Source: Thermoanaerobaculales bacterium (GTDB lineage Bacteria; Acidobacteriota; Thermoanaerobaculia; Thermoanaerobaculales; Sulfomarinibacteraceae). From it: a DNA stretch of 64,000 nt. Made by a program: the position numbers and the translations under genes. Under the pieces are notes generated by a model. It was not told the DNA's origin, searched no databases, and worked only from the letters and a program-made list of their open reading frames with translations. The stretch is from contig JALOLD010000008.1 of NCBI GenBank assembly GCA_025456145.1, positions 1,265 to 65,264 on the forward strand, in the 5' to 3' direction. This document shows positions 35,227-45,317 of the stretch, in pieces (position 1 is the first letter of the stretch; each line of letters begins with the position of its first letter).

Positions 35227-36482
35227 CACGACCTCCCACCGGCAGCGATGACCGCGCGGGCGGCGGCCCCTGTCGCGTCACGAACCGATGCGGCGACGTC
35301 CTCGGGACGACGGGCGACCCCGGCGACGGTGACCGCCGAGGAGAGGTCGTCGAGCACGAAGCCCTCGTCGTCCTTGCGGGTGAAGATCGCCAGGTCGTCG
35401 TCGACGGCGTTGGGCACCATCCCGGTGGCGAGCACCACGAGATCGGCCTCGGCCTCGATGAGCCGGACGTTCTCGACGTCCTCGACGTGGAGCTTGACCG
35501 ACCCGCCGTTCCTCTCGATCCGGCCGACCTTCCCCTTGACCAGCTTGACGCCGTCGAGGGCCGCGACCTTGAGGAGGAAGTCCTCGTTGCGGCCCGGGGT
35601 GCGGCGGTCGATGTAGTACATCGTCACCTCGGCCTCGGGCAGCTGCTCCTTGACATAGGTCGCCTGCTTGAGCGAGGCGAGGCAGCAGATTCCCGAGCAG
35701 TAGTTGAGGTGGTTGACGTCGCGCGACCCGGCGCACTGGACGAAGGCGACCCGCTTGGGAGGCTGGCCCGACGAGGGGCAGAGGATCTTGCCGCCGGTCG
35801 GACCGTTCGCCGAGGCCAGGCGCTCCATGTGGACGTTGGCGATCACGTCGTCGATCCTGCCGCCGCCGAGCTCCTCGAGGTTCTCGATGGGGTAGGGACG
35901 CCAGCCGGTCGCGACGACGACCGCGCCGACCTCGATGGTCACGCTGGTCGCGACCGCCGACGGGTCGACGGCGTTGACCGGGCAGGCCTCGGCGATGCGC
36001 TTCGCCTCGGCGTCGCCCACCGCCTCGCGGTCGAAGACATAGCGCTTCGGCCAGGCGTTGAGGTGGGGGAGGCGGATCGCCTTGACGGTGCAGAGGCCGA
36101 GGTTGTGCGGGTCGGGGACCGTGGTCTCGCAGGCCGCCTCACAGTCGCCGCAGGCGGTGCACGCGGCGGTGACGTAGGCCGGCGCGGTGGTGATCGTCAC
36201 CTTCCAGCCGGCGCCGATCTTCTCCGCCGCTGTGATCTTCGACGAGGTCAGGACGCGGATCCGCGGGTTGCGCTCGAGCCGGCGGGTGTTGATCTCCATG
36301 CCGCAGGACGGCGGGCACAGCTTGGGGAAGTAGTTGTTGATGCGCAGCACCCGGCCGCCGATGGAGGGAGACTCCTCCACCAGGACGACCTCGGAGCCCA
36401 TCTCGGCGGCTTCGAGAGCTGCGGTGACGCCCGCGATGCCGGCGCCGATCACGAGCAGGGGGGAGGTCTTGTTCTCGCTCAT
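35226..36482 (-). CDS. qmoA: QmoA (HdrA-like flavoprotein)
   Basis: LLVIGAGIAGVTAALEAAEMG, CTACGDCEAAC, FVQCAGSRD. 418 aa. ATG overlaps the stop of the upstream Cys-cluster gene (ATGA). Confidence 0.9.
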   Translation of the reverse strand: MSENKTSPLLVIGAGIAGVTAALEAAEMGSEVVLVEESPSIGGRVLRINNYFPKLCPPSCGMEINTRRLERNPRIRVLTSSKITAAEKIGAGWKVTITTAPAYVTAACTACGDCEAACETTVPDPHNLGLCTVKAIRLPHLNAWPKRYVFDREAVGDAEAKRIAEACPVNAVDPSAVATSVTIEVGAVVVATGWRPYPIENLEELGGGRIDDVIANVHMERLASANGPTGGKILCPSSGQPPKRVAFVQCAGSRDVNHLNYCSGICCLASLKQATYVKEQLPEAEVTMYYIDRRTPGRNEDFLLKVAALDGVKLVKGKVGRIERNGGSVKLHVEDVENVRLIEAEADLVVLATGMVPNAVDDDLAIFTRKDDEGFVLDDLSSAVTVAGVARRPEDVAASVRDATGAAARAVIAAGGRS

Positions 36483-37285
36483 TGAACACTCCGTTCGGCC
36501 GCGCCCTCGCGCACCTTCATCGTCGGCTCCTTGAACAGGGCGAAACGGAGCCAGCGGAAGGCGAACCGGAGGAGCGCCACGTCGTTGGTCTTGATGTCGG
36601 CGACCAGGTCGTCGTCGAGCTCGAATCGCTCGAGAAAGGTCGACTCGAACACGAACTCGCGGAAGCTGTCGAGGTCGTAGCAGGCGGTGTAGAGCATGTG
36701 CATCCGCTTGGGGTCGAGCTGGCGCCCGCCGATGAACCAGGGGTGGCTGACCAGCTCGCGGAAGCCGGCCTCGATCTCGTCCCTCTCGACCAGGCGCTGA
36801 TCGGCGCGCCACCTCTCGGCGGTCCAGGCGACCGCGTCGGGCTGAAGCCGCCCCTGGCAGTGGTCGTCCTCGAACACGAAGAAGATCGGCTCGGGCTCGA
36901 CCCCGGCGCGGGCCGGCGGGATCGCCATGCCGAGCGGGTACATCCGGCAGGCCCACGGTCGATCCTGGTAGACGGTGCAGCCCTCCTCGCCGACGAACGG
37001 GCATTTCTTCCCCTCGTCGTCGCGCATCTTCAGAAGCACCACCGGAAGCTGGAGGTCCTTGGTGATCGGGTTGCCGGTGTAGGTGTCGAGGAAGAGCCGG
37101 GTGTGCAGCCCGGTGCGGCGCGCGAGCTGGAGCACGTCGAGAGGCGTCAGGATGATGTTGACGTCGGCGCAGCACTGGTTGAAGCAGGGGACCCCGGGGT
37201 GGCAGGTGAACTCGAAGCTCTCGTCGGCGGCGAGCTGGCGCTTGCCGGCGAGGTAGGCCGGGAGGTGGATCTCGGGATCGCTCAT
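36479..37285 (-). CDS. YkgJ/UPF0153-type cysteine-cluster (zinc- or iron-chelating) protein
   Basis: FTCHPGVPCFNQCCAD and KCPFVGEEGCTVYQDRPWACRMYP (the family hallmark), plus DDHCQG. 268 aa. ATGA overlaps at both ends. Confidence 0.75.
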   Translation of the reverse strand: MSDPEIHLPAYLAGKRQLAADESFEFTCHPGVPCFNQCCADVNIILTPLDVLQLARRTGLHTRLFLDTYTGNPITKDLQLPVVLLKMRDDEGKKCPFVGEEGCTVYQDRPWACRMYPLGMAIPPARAGVEPEPIFFVFEDDHCQGRLQPDAVAWTAERWRADQRLVERDEIEAGFRELVSHPWFIGGRQLDPKRMHMLYTACYDLDSFREFVFESTFLERFELDDDLVADIKTNDVALLRFAFRWLRFALFKEPTMKVREGAAERSVQ

Positions 37286-37590
37286 CGGAGAGCTCCCGGG
37301 TCGCTGCCGCAGCCGGTCACGACCGCCTCGATGATCCGGTCCTTGAGCGCGTCGACCGACCACACGGGGAGCGGCGTGGGCTTGCCGTTGACCGGGTCGA
37401 CCCGGTAGCGGTAGGACGCCTTGACCGCGAAGTTGGTCTCCATGTGCTCCCAGCCACGGAGGAAGTACGGGCACTCGTCGTTGAAGCAGGCGAGCTGGAA
37501 CTCCGACTGCCACCCGGTGTTGTCGGGCAGCTCGAAGGGTTGGAGATCGTGGTTGCAGTGGGGACAGACGAAACGGTTTTCTTGAGTCAT
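37282..37590 (-). CDS. small zinc-ribbon-like protein, unknown function
   Basis: 102 aa. Cys knuckles CPHC and CFNDEC. No family recognised. Coding is supported by the coupled ATGA overlap with the next gene and by its position in the operon. Confidence 0.6.
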   Translation of the reverse strand: MTQENRFVCPHCNHDLQPFELPDNTGWQSEFQLACFNDECPYFLRGWEHMETNFAVKASYRYRVDPVNGKPTPLPVWSVDALKDRIIEAVVTGCGSDPGALR

Positions 37591-37725
37591 CAAATCGGTA
37601 GCCTCGTGATCTCCCGGGGAAAGCCGGCGGAGGATCCGCGGTCGGCTCTTGAGAGCCCGTTCGACCTGCCGCGATCACGGTCTCGGCGACTCTCATGGGC
37701 GCTGTCGGCGAGGTCGTGGCGCGGG

Positions 37726-37741
37726 TGATCCGGCCGGATCA
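37726..37741. promoter_or_regulatory. 16-bp perfect palindrome between the aprA terminator and the qmo sub-operon
   Basis: TGATCCGGCCGGATCA is self-complementary over all 16 positions. It lies 14 nt downstream (minus-strand sense) of the terminator's T-tract. Confidence 0.4.
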
Positions 37742-37755
37742 TGCCCTCAGGGATC

Positions 37756-37793
37756 GAGAAAAGCGGCCCCGGACGCCGGAGCGTCCGGGGCCG
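37756..37793 (-). terminator. intra-operon Rho-independent terminator/attenuator after aprA
   Basis: Minus strand: CGGCCCCGGACGC-TCCG-GCGTCCGGGGCCG (13-bp stem) followed by CTTTTCTCG. Begins 15 nt after the aprA stop. Confidence 0.7.
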
Positions 37794-37807
37794 TGATGGT
37801 CACCGGA

Positions 37808-39685
37808 TCACTTCATCGGGAGGATGTCTCTCTTGAGCATCGTCCACTCTTCGGTCTCCGGGTGCATGGTGCAGTTGACGAAGCACAGCCACTTGTCGTT
37901 GTCGAGCTTGGGGAAGTCGGCGCGGAAGTAGTAGCCGGGCCAACGGGTCTCTTCGCGGTACAGGATGGTCCGGACGTGGGCCTCGGCCTGGTAGGTCCGG
38001 TGGTAGTTCTCCCAGCACCGCATGAGCTCGTGAAGGTCCTTGGCGCCGAGGTACTTCGAGTCCTCCTTGAGCATCCCGAGGAGCTCGAGACCGCGCTCGC
38101 AGAGGGCCTTCGAGGTGGTGAACTGGGCGCCCACGCCGCCCGCGTACTCGTCCATGATCTTCTGCAGCCGGAACATGTACATTTTGGGAAGGATGTAATG
38201 CGGGTTGACGTCGATCTGCGAGGTGAAGTCCTTGTGCTCGGCAAACGTGTCGAGCGGCTTCAGGGTCGCGGCCTTGAGCGCCTCGATGGTGGCGTTGTCG
38301 ACCGTCGGCATCGCCGGCTTCTCCTTGACGAGGTAGCGGATCGCGGCCTTGGCGGCGATCCGGCCCTCGGCGTGGGAGCCCGAGGAGAACTTGTGCGACG
38401 AGGCGCCGGTGGCGTCGCCGGCGGCGAACAGCCCCTTGACGGTCGTCATGCACTCGTATCCCCAGAAGTACGCCGGCGGCGCGAGGTCCTCGGGACCGCT
38501 CACCCAGGCGCCCGAGGCGCCAGAGTGCGAGCCGATGAAGTAGGGCTCGGCGGCCGCGATCTCGGACGACTTCTCTTCGGGCTGGACGTCGGAGGCCGCC
38601 CACAGGATGGCCTGCGAGATCGTCATGTCGAGGAAGTCTTCCCAGGCCTCGCTCTCGAGCTCCTTCATCTTCGCCTTGTAGGCCTTGGGGTCGTCCTTGT
38701 AGGCGTCGGCGATCTTCTGGATCGCTTCCTCGGTCCGCATGTAGATCGGGCCCTTGCCCTGCATCACGTCGAGCATGCCGAGGTAGTTGCGGAGGTTGGC
38801 CGGGATCGGCTTGACCAGACCGTAGGGCTTCCAGTTCTGGAGCTCGTCCTTGCGCTCGACCATGTACTCGCCGCCGAAGGCGTTGGTCGCGCGGGACTTG
38901 AAGAGCAGGAACCAGGCGCCGACCGGGCCGTAGGCATCCTTGAACCGGACCGGGATGAAGCGCACTTCCTGGCAGGTCATCTCGGCGCCGGCCTTCAGGG
39001 TGAAGTAGGCCGACGAGCCGGAGTTCCACGGCGGGTACCAGGCGCGGCCGAGGCCCTCGCCCGAGGAGCGCGGCTTGAACACGTGGACGGCGCCGCCCAT
39101 GGCGCAGAAGATCGCCCGGGCCTTGAAGATGTAGAACTTCTCTTCGCGGACCGAGAAGCCGTAGGCGCCGATGCACTGGTCGCCCTTCATGATCGGGCCG
39201 ACGATGAAGACGCGCTCGTAGATGTTCTCGGTGCCCAGGTGGTTCTTGGCGGCCTCGGCCACCACGACCTTGTAGGACTCACCGTTGATCATGAGCTGCC
39301 AGCGGCCCTCGTGGACGTAGCCGCCGTCCTCGGTCTTCCAGATCGGCAGGCCCCACTTCTCGAAGAGGTGGACCGACGAGTCGACGTGACGGGCGATGTT
39401 GGCGACGAGGTCCTCGCGGGCGACGCCCATGAGGTCCTGCTTGACGTAGTTGACGTAGTCCGCGACGGTGTTCTGCCCGTCCTTCAGACCGACGTACTGG
39501 TTGATCGCAGACAGACCCATGGCGACCGCGCCGGAGCGGTCGACCGCGGCCTTGTCGACGAGGGTGACTTTCAAGCCGTGCTTCTTGGCCCAGTAGGCCG
39601 CTTCGACGGCCGCGCCGCAGGAGGCCATGCCGCCGCCGAGGATGAGAAGATCGGTCTCGACCTGGACAGTTTCGAATTTTGCCAT
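37808..39685 (-). CDS. aprA: adenylylsulfate (APS) reductase alpha subunit
   Basis: FAD motif DLLILGGGMASCGAAVEAAYW, plus the fumarate-reductase-like fold and length (625 aa). ATG 39685 is preceded by GGGAGGGGA. Directly follows aprB. Confidence 0.93.
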   Translation of the reverse strand: MAKFETVQVETDLLILGGGMASCGAAVEAAYWAKKHGLKVTLVDKAAVDRSGAVAMGLSAINQYVGLKDGQNTVADYVNYVKQDLMGVAREDLVANIARHVDSSVHLFEKWGLPIWKTEDGGYVHEGRWQLMINGESYKVVVAEAAKNHLGTENIYERVFIVGPIMKGDQCIGAYGFSVREEKFYIFKARAIFCAMGGAVHVFKPRSSGEGLGRAWYPPWNSGSSAYFTLKAGAEMTCQEVRFIPVRFKDAYGPVGAWFLLFKSRATNAFGGEYMVERKDELQNWKPYGLVKPIPANLRNYLGMLDVMQGKGPIYMRTEEAIQKIADAYKDDPKAYKAKMKELESEAWEDFLDMTISQAILWAASDVQPEEKSSEIAAAEPYFIGSHSGASGAWVSGPEDLAPPAYFWGYECMTTVKGLFAAGDATGASSHKFSSGSHAEGRIAAKAAIRYLVKEKPAMPTVDNATIEALKAATLKPLDTFAEHKDFTSQIDVNPHYILPKMYMFRLQKIMDEYAGGVGAQFTTSKALCERGLELLGMLKEDSKYLGAKDLHELMRCWENYHRTYQAEAHVRTILYREETRWPGYYFRADFPKLDNDKWLCFVNCTMHPETEEWTMLKRDILPMK

Positions 39686-39695
39686 GTTCCCCTCC

Positions 39696-40127
39696 CTACT
39701 TCGTCCACACAGCGCAGCCCAGGGAGTCGGGCTCGGTGTAGAGAACCGGGCCGTCGAGGCTCGGATCGGTGTTGAAGCCACCGAGCGGGTCCGCCTGGCC
39801 CTCAGCCGTCGTCCGGATGGGGAACTTGAACCGCTTCACCTGACCACTGCGGAACTTGACCGTCCACATGATCGAGTCGGTGGAGCGCAGCGGCACCACG
39901 GACGCGCCCATCGGCACGAAGTCCGCATAACCGCGGACGTCGACCGCCTGCGTCGGGCAGATCTTGACGCAGTTGTAGCACTCCCAGCACATCTCCGGCT
40001 CACGGTTGTAGGCCTTCATCTTCTCCTTGTCGAGAACCATGAGGTCATTGGGACAGATGTACTGGCAGGCGGTCTTGTCGAGCGCCTTACACCCGTCGCA
40101 CTTCTCCACGTTCACAAAACTCGGCAT
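39696..40127 (-). CDS. aprB: adenylylsulfate (APS) reductase beta subunit
   Basis: CDGCKALDKTACQYICP and CWECYNCVKICP clusters, with the typical long C-terminal tail. ATG 40127 has AGGAGG 8 nt upstream. Confidence 0.92.
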   Translation of the reverse strand: MPSFVNVEKCDGCKALDKTACQYICPNDLMVLDKEKMKAYNREPEMCWECYNCVKICPTQAVDVRGYADFVPMGASVVPLRSTDSIMWTVKFRSGQVKRFKFPIRTTAEGQADPLGGFNTDPSLDGPVLYTEPDSLGCAVWTK

Positions 40128-40470
40128 GTACACATCCTCCTTTCGAGCTTGGGTTGTCTTGCGTGACGACCGAGTTCATATACCCTCATCGTCTGCGCCT
40201 CGTAGCAAGTCTTGTGCCCGTGTTCACAAAGACCGGTCGAGAGGGCTTCTCAGAATCGTCGAAGTTGTTGGGGTGCAGCGCTTTCGACGAGGCGCAACCG
40301 ACGGGGGTCCGGGCGGCGGGCTCGCCGGTCGCGGACCGGTCACTGGACCCGGGTGCGATCTGCCGGTGAGCCCGGCGAGCGGGCGAGCTTGAACGCCTAT
40401 CGCGCTGTGTCGTCGAAGTGTCTGGACTGACGAAACTTAGATAGGTCGGGGGGGATTCGACGAGGGTGTC

Positions 40471-40484
40471 GTGAAAATTTTCAC
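40471..40484. promoter_or_regulatory. perfect 14-bp palindrome GTGAAAATTTTCAC (GTGA-N6-TCAC) upstream of aprB
   Basis: Self-complementary and AT-rich, in a 70% GC context. Lies 344 nt upstream of the aprB ATG. Same core as the site at 24877-24892. Confidence 0.4.
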
Positions 40485-40750
40485 TTGATTGATTTCGGGG
40501 AGGTTGCGCCGCTTGACCGGAGGATGCTGTTACCAACTCGTGACGGCCGCCGGCGGCTCCGATCCAAGTCCAGTGCTTGGTGAACTTCGCCGACGTTACA
40601 GCCGAGTGACCGGCTCGCCCTGTCGACCACCCCACGCTCCCGGCCCGACCTTCGAACCGACCGATCCTCGACCGGATTAAGGCTCGAAGGTCGCGCCAGA
40701 TGTCTCTCACACGCTTCAACTTGTGCCCAGCGCACCCGGGGTGGCCGTAG

Positions 40751-41599
<849 letters not shown>

Positions 41600-41670
41600 G
41601 CGTTCGCTGTCAGTCGCCGGCACGACGCGCCGGATCGGGGCCTCAGGGACCGGTCGCTGCCGGTCTCCCG

Positions 41671-43788
41671 TCAGGCGCCCTCGAGCATCCGCCGAAGCGC
41701 CTCCGGATCGGTGGTCGGGACGCCGCACGCGAAGTCACGGCAGGCAAAGGCCGTGGCCCGGCCGTCCGCTGACCGGTGCCCGGCGGTGAACGGCGCGAGC
41801 TCGCGCACCCGGTCGCCCTCCGATCCCGGCGGGACGAGCAGGACCGCTCCCTGCGGCCGGTAGGCGGAGCGGATGACCTCGAGCATCGCGCGGGTGTCGT
41901 CGGCATCGGGATCCCCGACGACCACCACCTCGAGGGAGGGCGCGCAGGCGAGCTGGAAGGCGTCCGCCAGGTGGCCGTGGGCGGAGGCGCTCCGCGCGGT
42001 GTCGGCGGCGAAGGCGGCGAACAGGCGAGCCGCCCGATCCGACAGGTCGGCGCGGCCGCTGAGCCGTGCGAGGCGTACCAGGTTCATCGCCGCCACCGAG
42101 TTGCCCGAGGGGATCGCGCCGTCGTAGACCTCCTTCTGTCGGACCAGCAGGACCTCGCTGTCCGCGGCGGCCGAGAAGTAGCCGCCGTGCGCGGAGTCCC
42201 AGAAGAGCCGGTCGGTCTCGGCCTGGAGATCGAGGGCGAGCTCGAGGAAGGCGGGGTCGAGGGTCGAGTCGTACAGCTCGATTGCGCCCCAGGCGAGGAA
42301 GGCGTGGTCGTCGAGAAAGGCCGGCACGGCGAGCTCGCCGGCTCGCCAGCGGTGGTGGAGCCGGCCCCGGCGGTCGCGCATCGAGCCGAGCACGAAGGCG
42401 AGCGAGCGGCGCGCCGCCTCGACGTACGACGGCTCGTCGAAGACCCGGCCGGCCCGGGCCAGCGCGGCGATCATCAGGCCGTTCCAGTCGGCCAGCACCT
42501 TGTCGTCCTTGAGGGGGTGGACCCGGGTGACGCGGTATGAGAAGAGCCGCGAGCGGGTCTCGGCGAGACGGTCGTGACGGTGCTCGGGCGTCCCGCCGAG
42601 CCGGGCGGCGGCGGCATCGCCGAGCTCGGTGCGGTGCGGGATGTTGGCGCCGGTTCGTCGCCCGCTCGCCTCGTCGGCGAAGTTCCCCTCGGGGGTGAGG
42701 TTCCAGATCGCGCCGACGAGAGCGGCGTCCTCCGGTCCGACGACCCGGGCGACCTCGTCGGCGGTCCAGACGTAGAACCGTCCCTCCTCGCCCTCGCTGT
42801 CGGCGTCCTCGGCGGAGAAGAAGGCCCCGTCGGGCGAGGTCATGTCGCGCCGGACATAGGTGGCGACCTCGTCGACGATCCGCCGGTGAGCGGCCGAGCG
42901 GCCGCCGGCGAGATGGGCCTCGGTGGCGGCTAGCACGAGCATCGCCTGGTCGTAGAGCATCTTCTCGAAGTGTGGAACGAGCCACTCGGCGTCGGTCGAG
43001 TAACGGTGGAGGCCGAAGCCGATCTGGTCGAAGATCCCGCCCCGGTGCATCGCCTCGAGGGTACGCTCGGCCATCTCGAGGGCCCGCGGCTGGCCCGCCA
43101 GCCGGGCGTAGCGCGAGAGGAAGATCAGGTTGTGGCTCGATGGGAACTTGGGCGCGCCGCCAAAGCCGCCGTGCGTCCGGTCGAAGCGAGCCTCGAGCTC
43201 CCGGTAGGCCCGGTCGGGAAGCGTGGGGTCGGGATCGGCGGCGGCGCGAGGCTCCGCGATCTCGCCCAGCCGGGCCGTGATCTGCTCGGCCGAGGCGAGG
43301 ATCGGATCGCGTTCGTTCCGCCAGAGCTGGCCGACCCGCGGGATGAGATCGAGCATCCCGATTCGGCCGAAACGGCTCTCCCGGGGGAGGTAGGTGGCGG
43401 CGAAGAAGGGCTTCGTGTCGGGGGTCATGACGATCGTCAGGGGCCAGCCGCCGGAGCCGGTCAGCATCTGGCAGACGGTCATGTAGACCTGGTCGATGTC
43501 GGGCCGCTCCTCGCGGTCGACCTTGACGTTGACGAAGGTCTCGTTCATCAGCGCGGCCACGATCGGGTCCTCGAACGACTCGTGCTCCATGACGTGGCAC
43601 CAGTGGCAGGTCGCGTAGCCGATGGAGAGGAAGATCGGCCTGTCCTCTTCCCGGGCCTTCTCGAACGCCTCCTCGCCCCACGGGTACCAGTCGACCGGGT
43701 TGCCGGCGTGCTGGAGCAGGTAGGGGCTCTTTTCGCCGGCGAGGCGGTTCGCTCTCGGAGGGGATCCGGTATCGGGTGGGTGGCTCAT
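41671..43788 (-). CDS. thioredoxin-domain protein of the YyaL/DUF255 (SSP411-like) family
   Basis: [36 protein letters not shown], followed by an (alpha/alpha)6-like domain. Confidence 0.85.
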   Translation of the reverse strand: MSHPPDTGSPPRANRLAGEKSPYLLQHAGNPVDWYPWGEEAFEKAREEDRPIFLSIGYATCHWCHVMEHESFEDPIVAALMNETFVNVKVDREERPDIDQVYMTVCQMLTGSGGWPLTIVMTPDTKPFFAATYLPRESRFGRIGMLDLIPRVGQLWRNERDPILASAEQITARLGEIAEPRAAADPDPTLPDRAYRELEARFDRTHGGFGGAPKFPSSHNLIFLSRYARLAGQPRALEMAERTLEAMHRGGIFDQIGFGLHRYSTDAEWLVPHFEKMLYDQAMLVLAATEAHLAGGRSAAHRRIVDEVATYVRRDMTSPDGAFFSAEDADSEGEEGRFYVWTADEVARVVGPEDAALVGAIWNLTPEGNFADEASGRRTGANIPHRTELGDAAAARLGGTPEHRHDRLAETRSRLFSYRVTRVHPLKDDKVLADWNGLMIAALARAGRVFDEPSYVEAARRSLAFVLGSMRDRRGRLHHRWRAGELAVPAFLDDHAFLAWGAIELYDSTLDPAFLELALDLQAETDRLFWDSAHGGYFSAAADSEVLLVRQKEVYDGAIPSGNSVAAMNLVRLARLSGRADLSDRAARLFAAFAADTARSASAHGHLADAFQLACAPSLEVVVVGDPDADDTRAMLEVIRSAYRPQGAVLLVPPGSEGDRVRELAPFTAGHRSADGRATAFACRDFACGVPTTDPEALRRMLEGA

Positions 43789-44162
43789 GGCGGCTCCAAG
43801 CTTCGGTCGGACGGGAGAGGTCTCGTACCCTGTCACAACTGGTTCCCTCGGGTGTCACATTCCGCGGGTCGGACCAACCAGCGGAGGGTGCGCCGCTCCG
43901 GTATGATCGTCGGGTCGGGTAGACCCTGCCGGCCGGTGCGCGGTCGCGGTCGCATCGTGGTGGTCGCGCCGGCCTCCGGCCTTCGGGCGCCTGCGCCGTT
44001 GGAGAGGACGATCGTTGAGGTGGTTTCGGTTGCCGCGGTCTTCGTCGTGCTCATGAGCATGCTCCGGCTCGGCCGGCCGGCCGTCCGTCCCGTCAACGAC
44101 GATGCCGAGCCGGGGCTCGTCCTCGAGATGGCCGCAACCGTGGGCTCCTGACGGAGCGGGCG

Positions 44163-45317
44163 ATGAAGATCGTCGTCGCCCCTGACAGCTTCAAGGGGAG
44201 CATGAGGTCGGATGAGGCCGGGGAGATCATCGCCGCCGGCCTGCGGGAGGGCCTGCCCGGCGCCGAGATCGTCGTCATCCCGATGGCCGACGGAGGCGAG
44301 GGCACGACCGACGCGGTGGTCCGGGCGACCGGTGGGAGGCTCAGGCCGGTGTCGGTCACGGGACCGCTCGGAGCTCCGGCGACGGCAGCCTACGGTGTCC
44401 TCCCGGACGGTCGGACGGCGGTCATGGAGATGGCCTCGGCGAGCGGGATCGAGCTGGTTCCCGCCGGCGCGCTCGACCCGATGCGGGCCTCGACCGTCGG
44501 TACCGGCGAGCTCCTCCGCGCGGCGATGGACGCCGGGGTGCGGGACATCATCATCGGCATCGGGGGCAGCGCCACCGTCGACGGTGGGATCGGGATGGCC
44601 CAGGCGCTGGGCTTCCGCCTGCTGACCGCCCGGGGCGAGCTGGTCGGGTCCGGCGGTGGCGCCCTGGCGAGCATCGCCCGCGTCGAAACCTCCGGCGTGG
44701 TCCCGGCCCTCGCGGAGAGCCGGATCAGGGTCGCCTGCGATGTCACCAACCCGCTGCTCGGAGAGCGCGGCGCGGCTCGGGTCTTCGGTCCCCAGAAGGG
44801 CGCGAGCCCGGCGATGGTCGAGGAGCTCGAGACCGGTCTCGCTCACCTCGCCGAGGTCTGGAAGAGGCAGGGCATGCTCGACTCGGTGAGGAGGCCCGGC
44901 GACGGGGCGGCCGGCGGTCTCGGCGCCGCCCTCCGCGCCTTCTGCGGCGCCGAGATGGCATCCGGCGCGGAGCTCGTCGCCGAGATCACCGGCTTCGACC
45001 GGGAGATCGCCGACGCCGATCTGCTCGTCACCGGAGAAGGCCGGACCGACGACCAGACCGCCGACGGCAAGCTCTGCGTGGTGCTGGCCCGCAAGGCGCG
45101 CGAGCAGGGTGCGAGGACGATCCTGATCTCGGGCTCGCTGCACGGCGAGAGCGGTACCGTCGAGAGGTTGTTCGACGCGGTCTTCGCGGCGGTGCGGGAG
45201 GTGTGCACCCTGGAGGAGGCGCTGGCGGGAGCCCGGATCAACCTGGCGCGGATCGCGAGGAGCGTCGGCCGGGTGCTCGCCGTCGGCGCCCGAGGAGGGG
45301 AGGATGGACCTGCGTGA
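44163..45317 (+). CDS. glxK: glycerate kinase
   Basis: MKIVVAPDSFKGS, PMADGGEGT, LVITGEGRTDDQT-like (LLVTGEGRTDDQTADGK). Confidence 0.85.
   Translation: MKIVVAPDSFKGSMRSDEAGEIIAAGLREGLPGAEIVVIPMADGGEGTTDAVVRATGGRLRPVSVTGPLGAPATAAYGVLPDGRTAVMEMASASGIELVPAGALDPMRASTVGTGELLRAAMDAGVRDIIIGIGGSATVDGGIGMAQALGFRLLTARGELVGSGGGALASIARVETSGVVPALAESRIRVACDVTNPLLGERGAARVFGPQKGASPAMVEELETGLAHLAEVWKRQGMLDSVRRPGDGAAGGLGAALRAFCGAEMASGAELVAEITGFDREIADADLLVTGEGRTDDQTADGKLCVVLARKAREQGARTILISGSLHGESGTVERLFDAVFAAVREVCTLEEALAGARINLARIARSVGRVLAVGARGGEDGPA

Noticed and set aside
40447-40470. tmRNA-like 5' end (GGGGGGGATTCGACGAGGG)
   Set aside because: No tag-peptide reading frame ending in a stop in the expected context. 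No 3' tRNA-like T-arm or CCA-proximal acceptor complement within 300-400 nt on either strand.
43902-44151. Small ORF with one hydrophobic segment in the yyaL-glxK divergent spacer
   Set aside because: It has no RBS and Arg/Pro-rich composition. It is the tail of an off-frame ORF that begins antisense inside yyaL. Evidence is insufficient.
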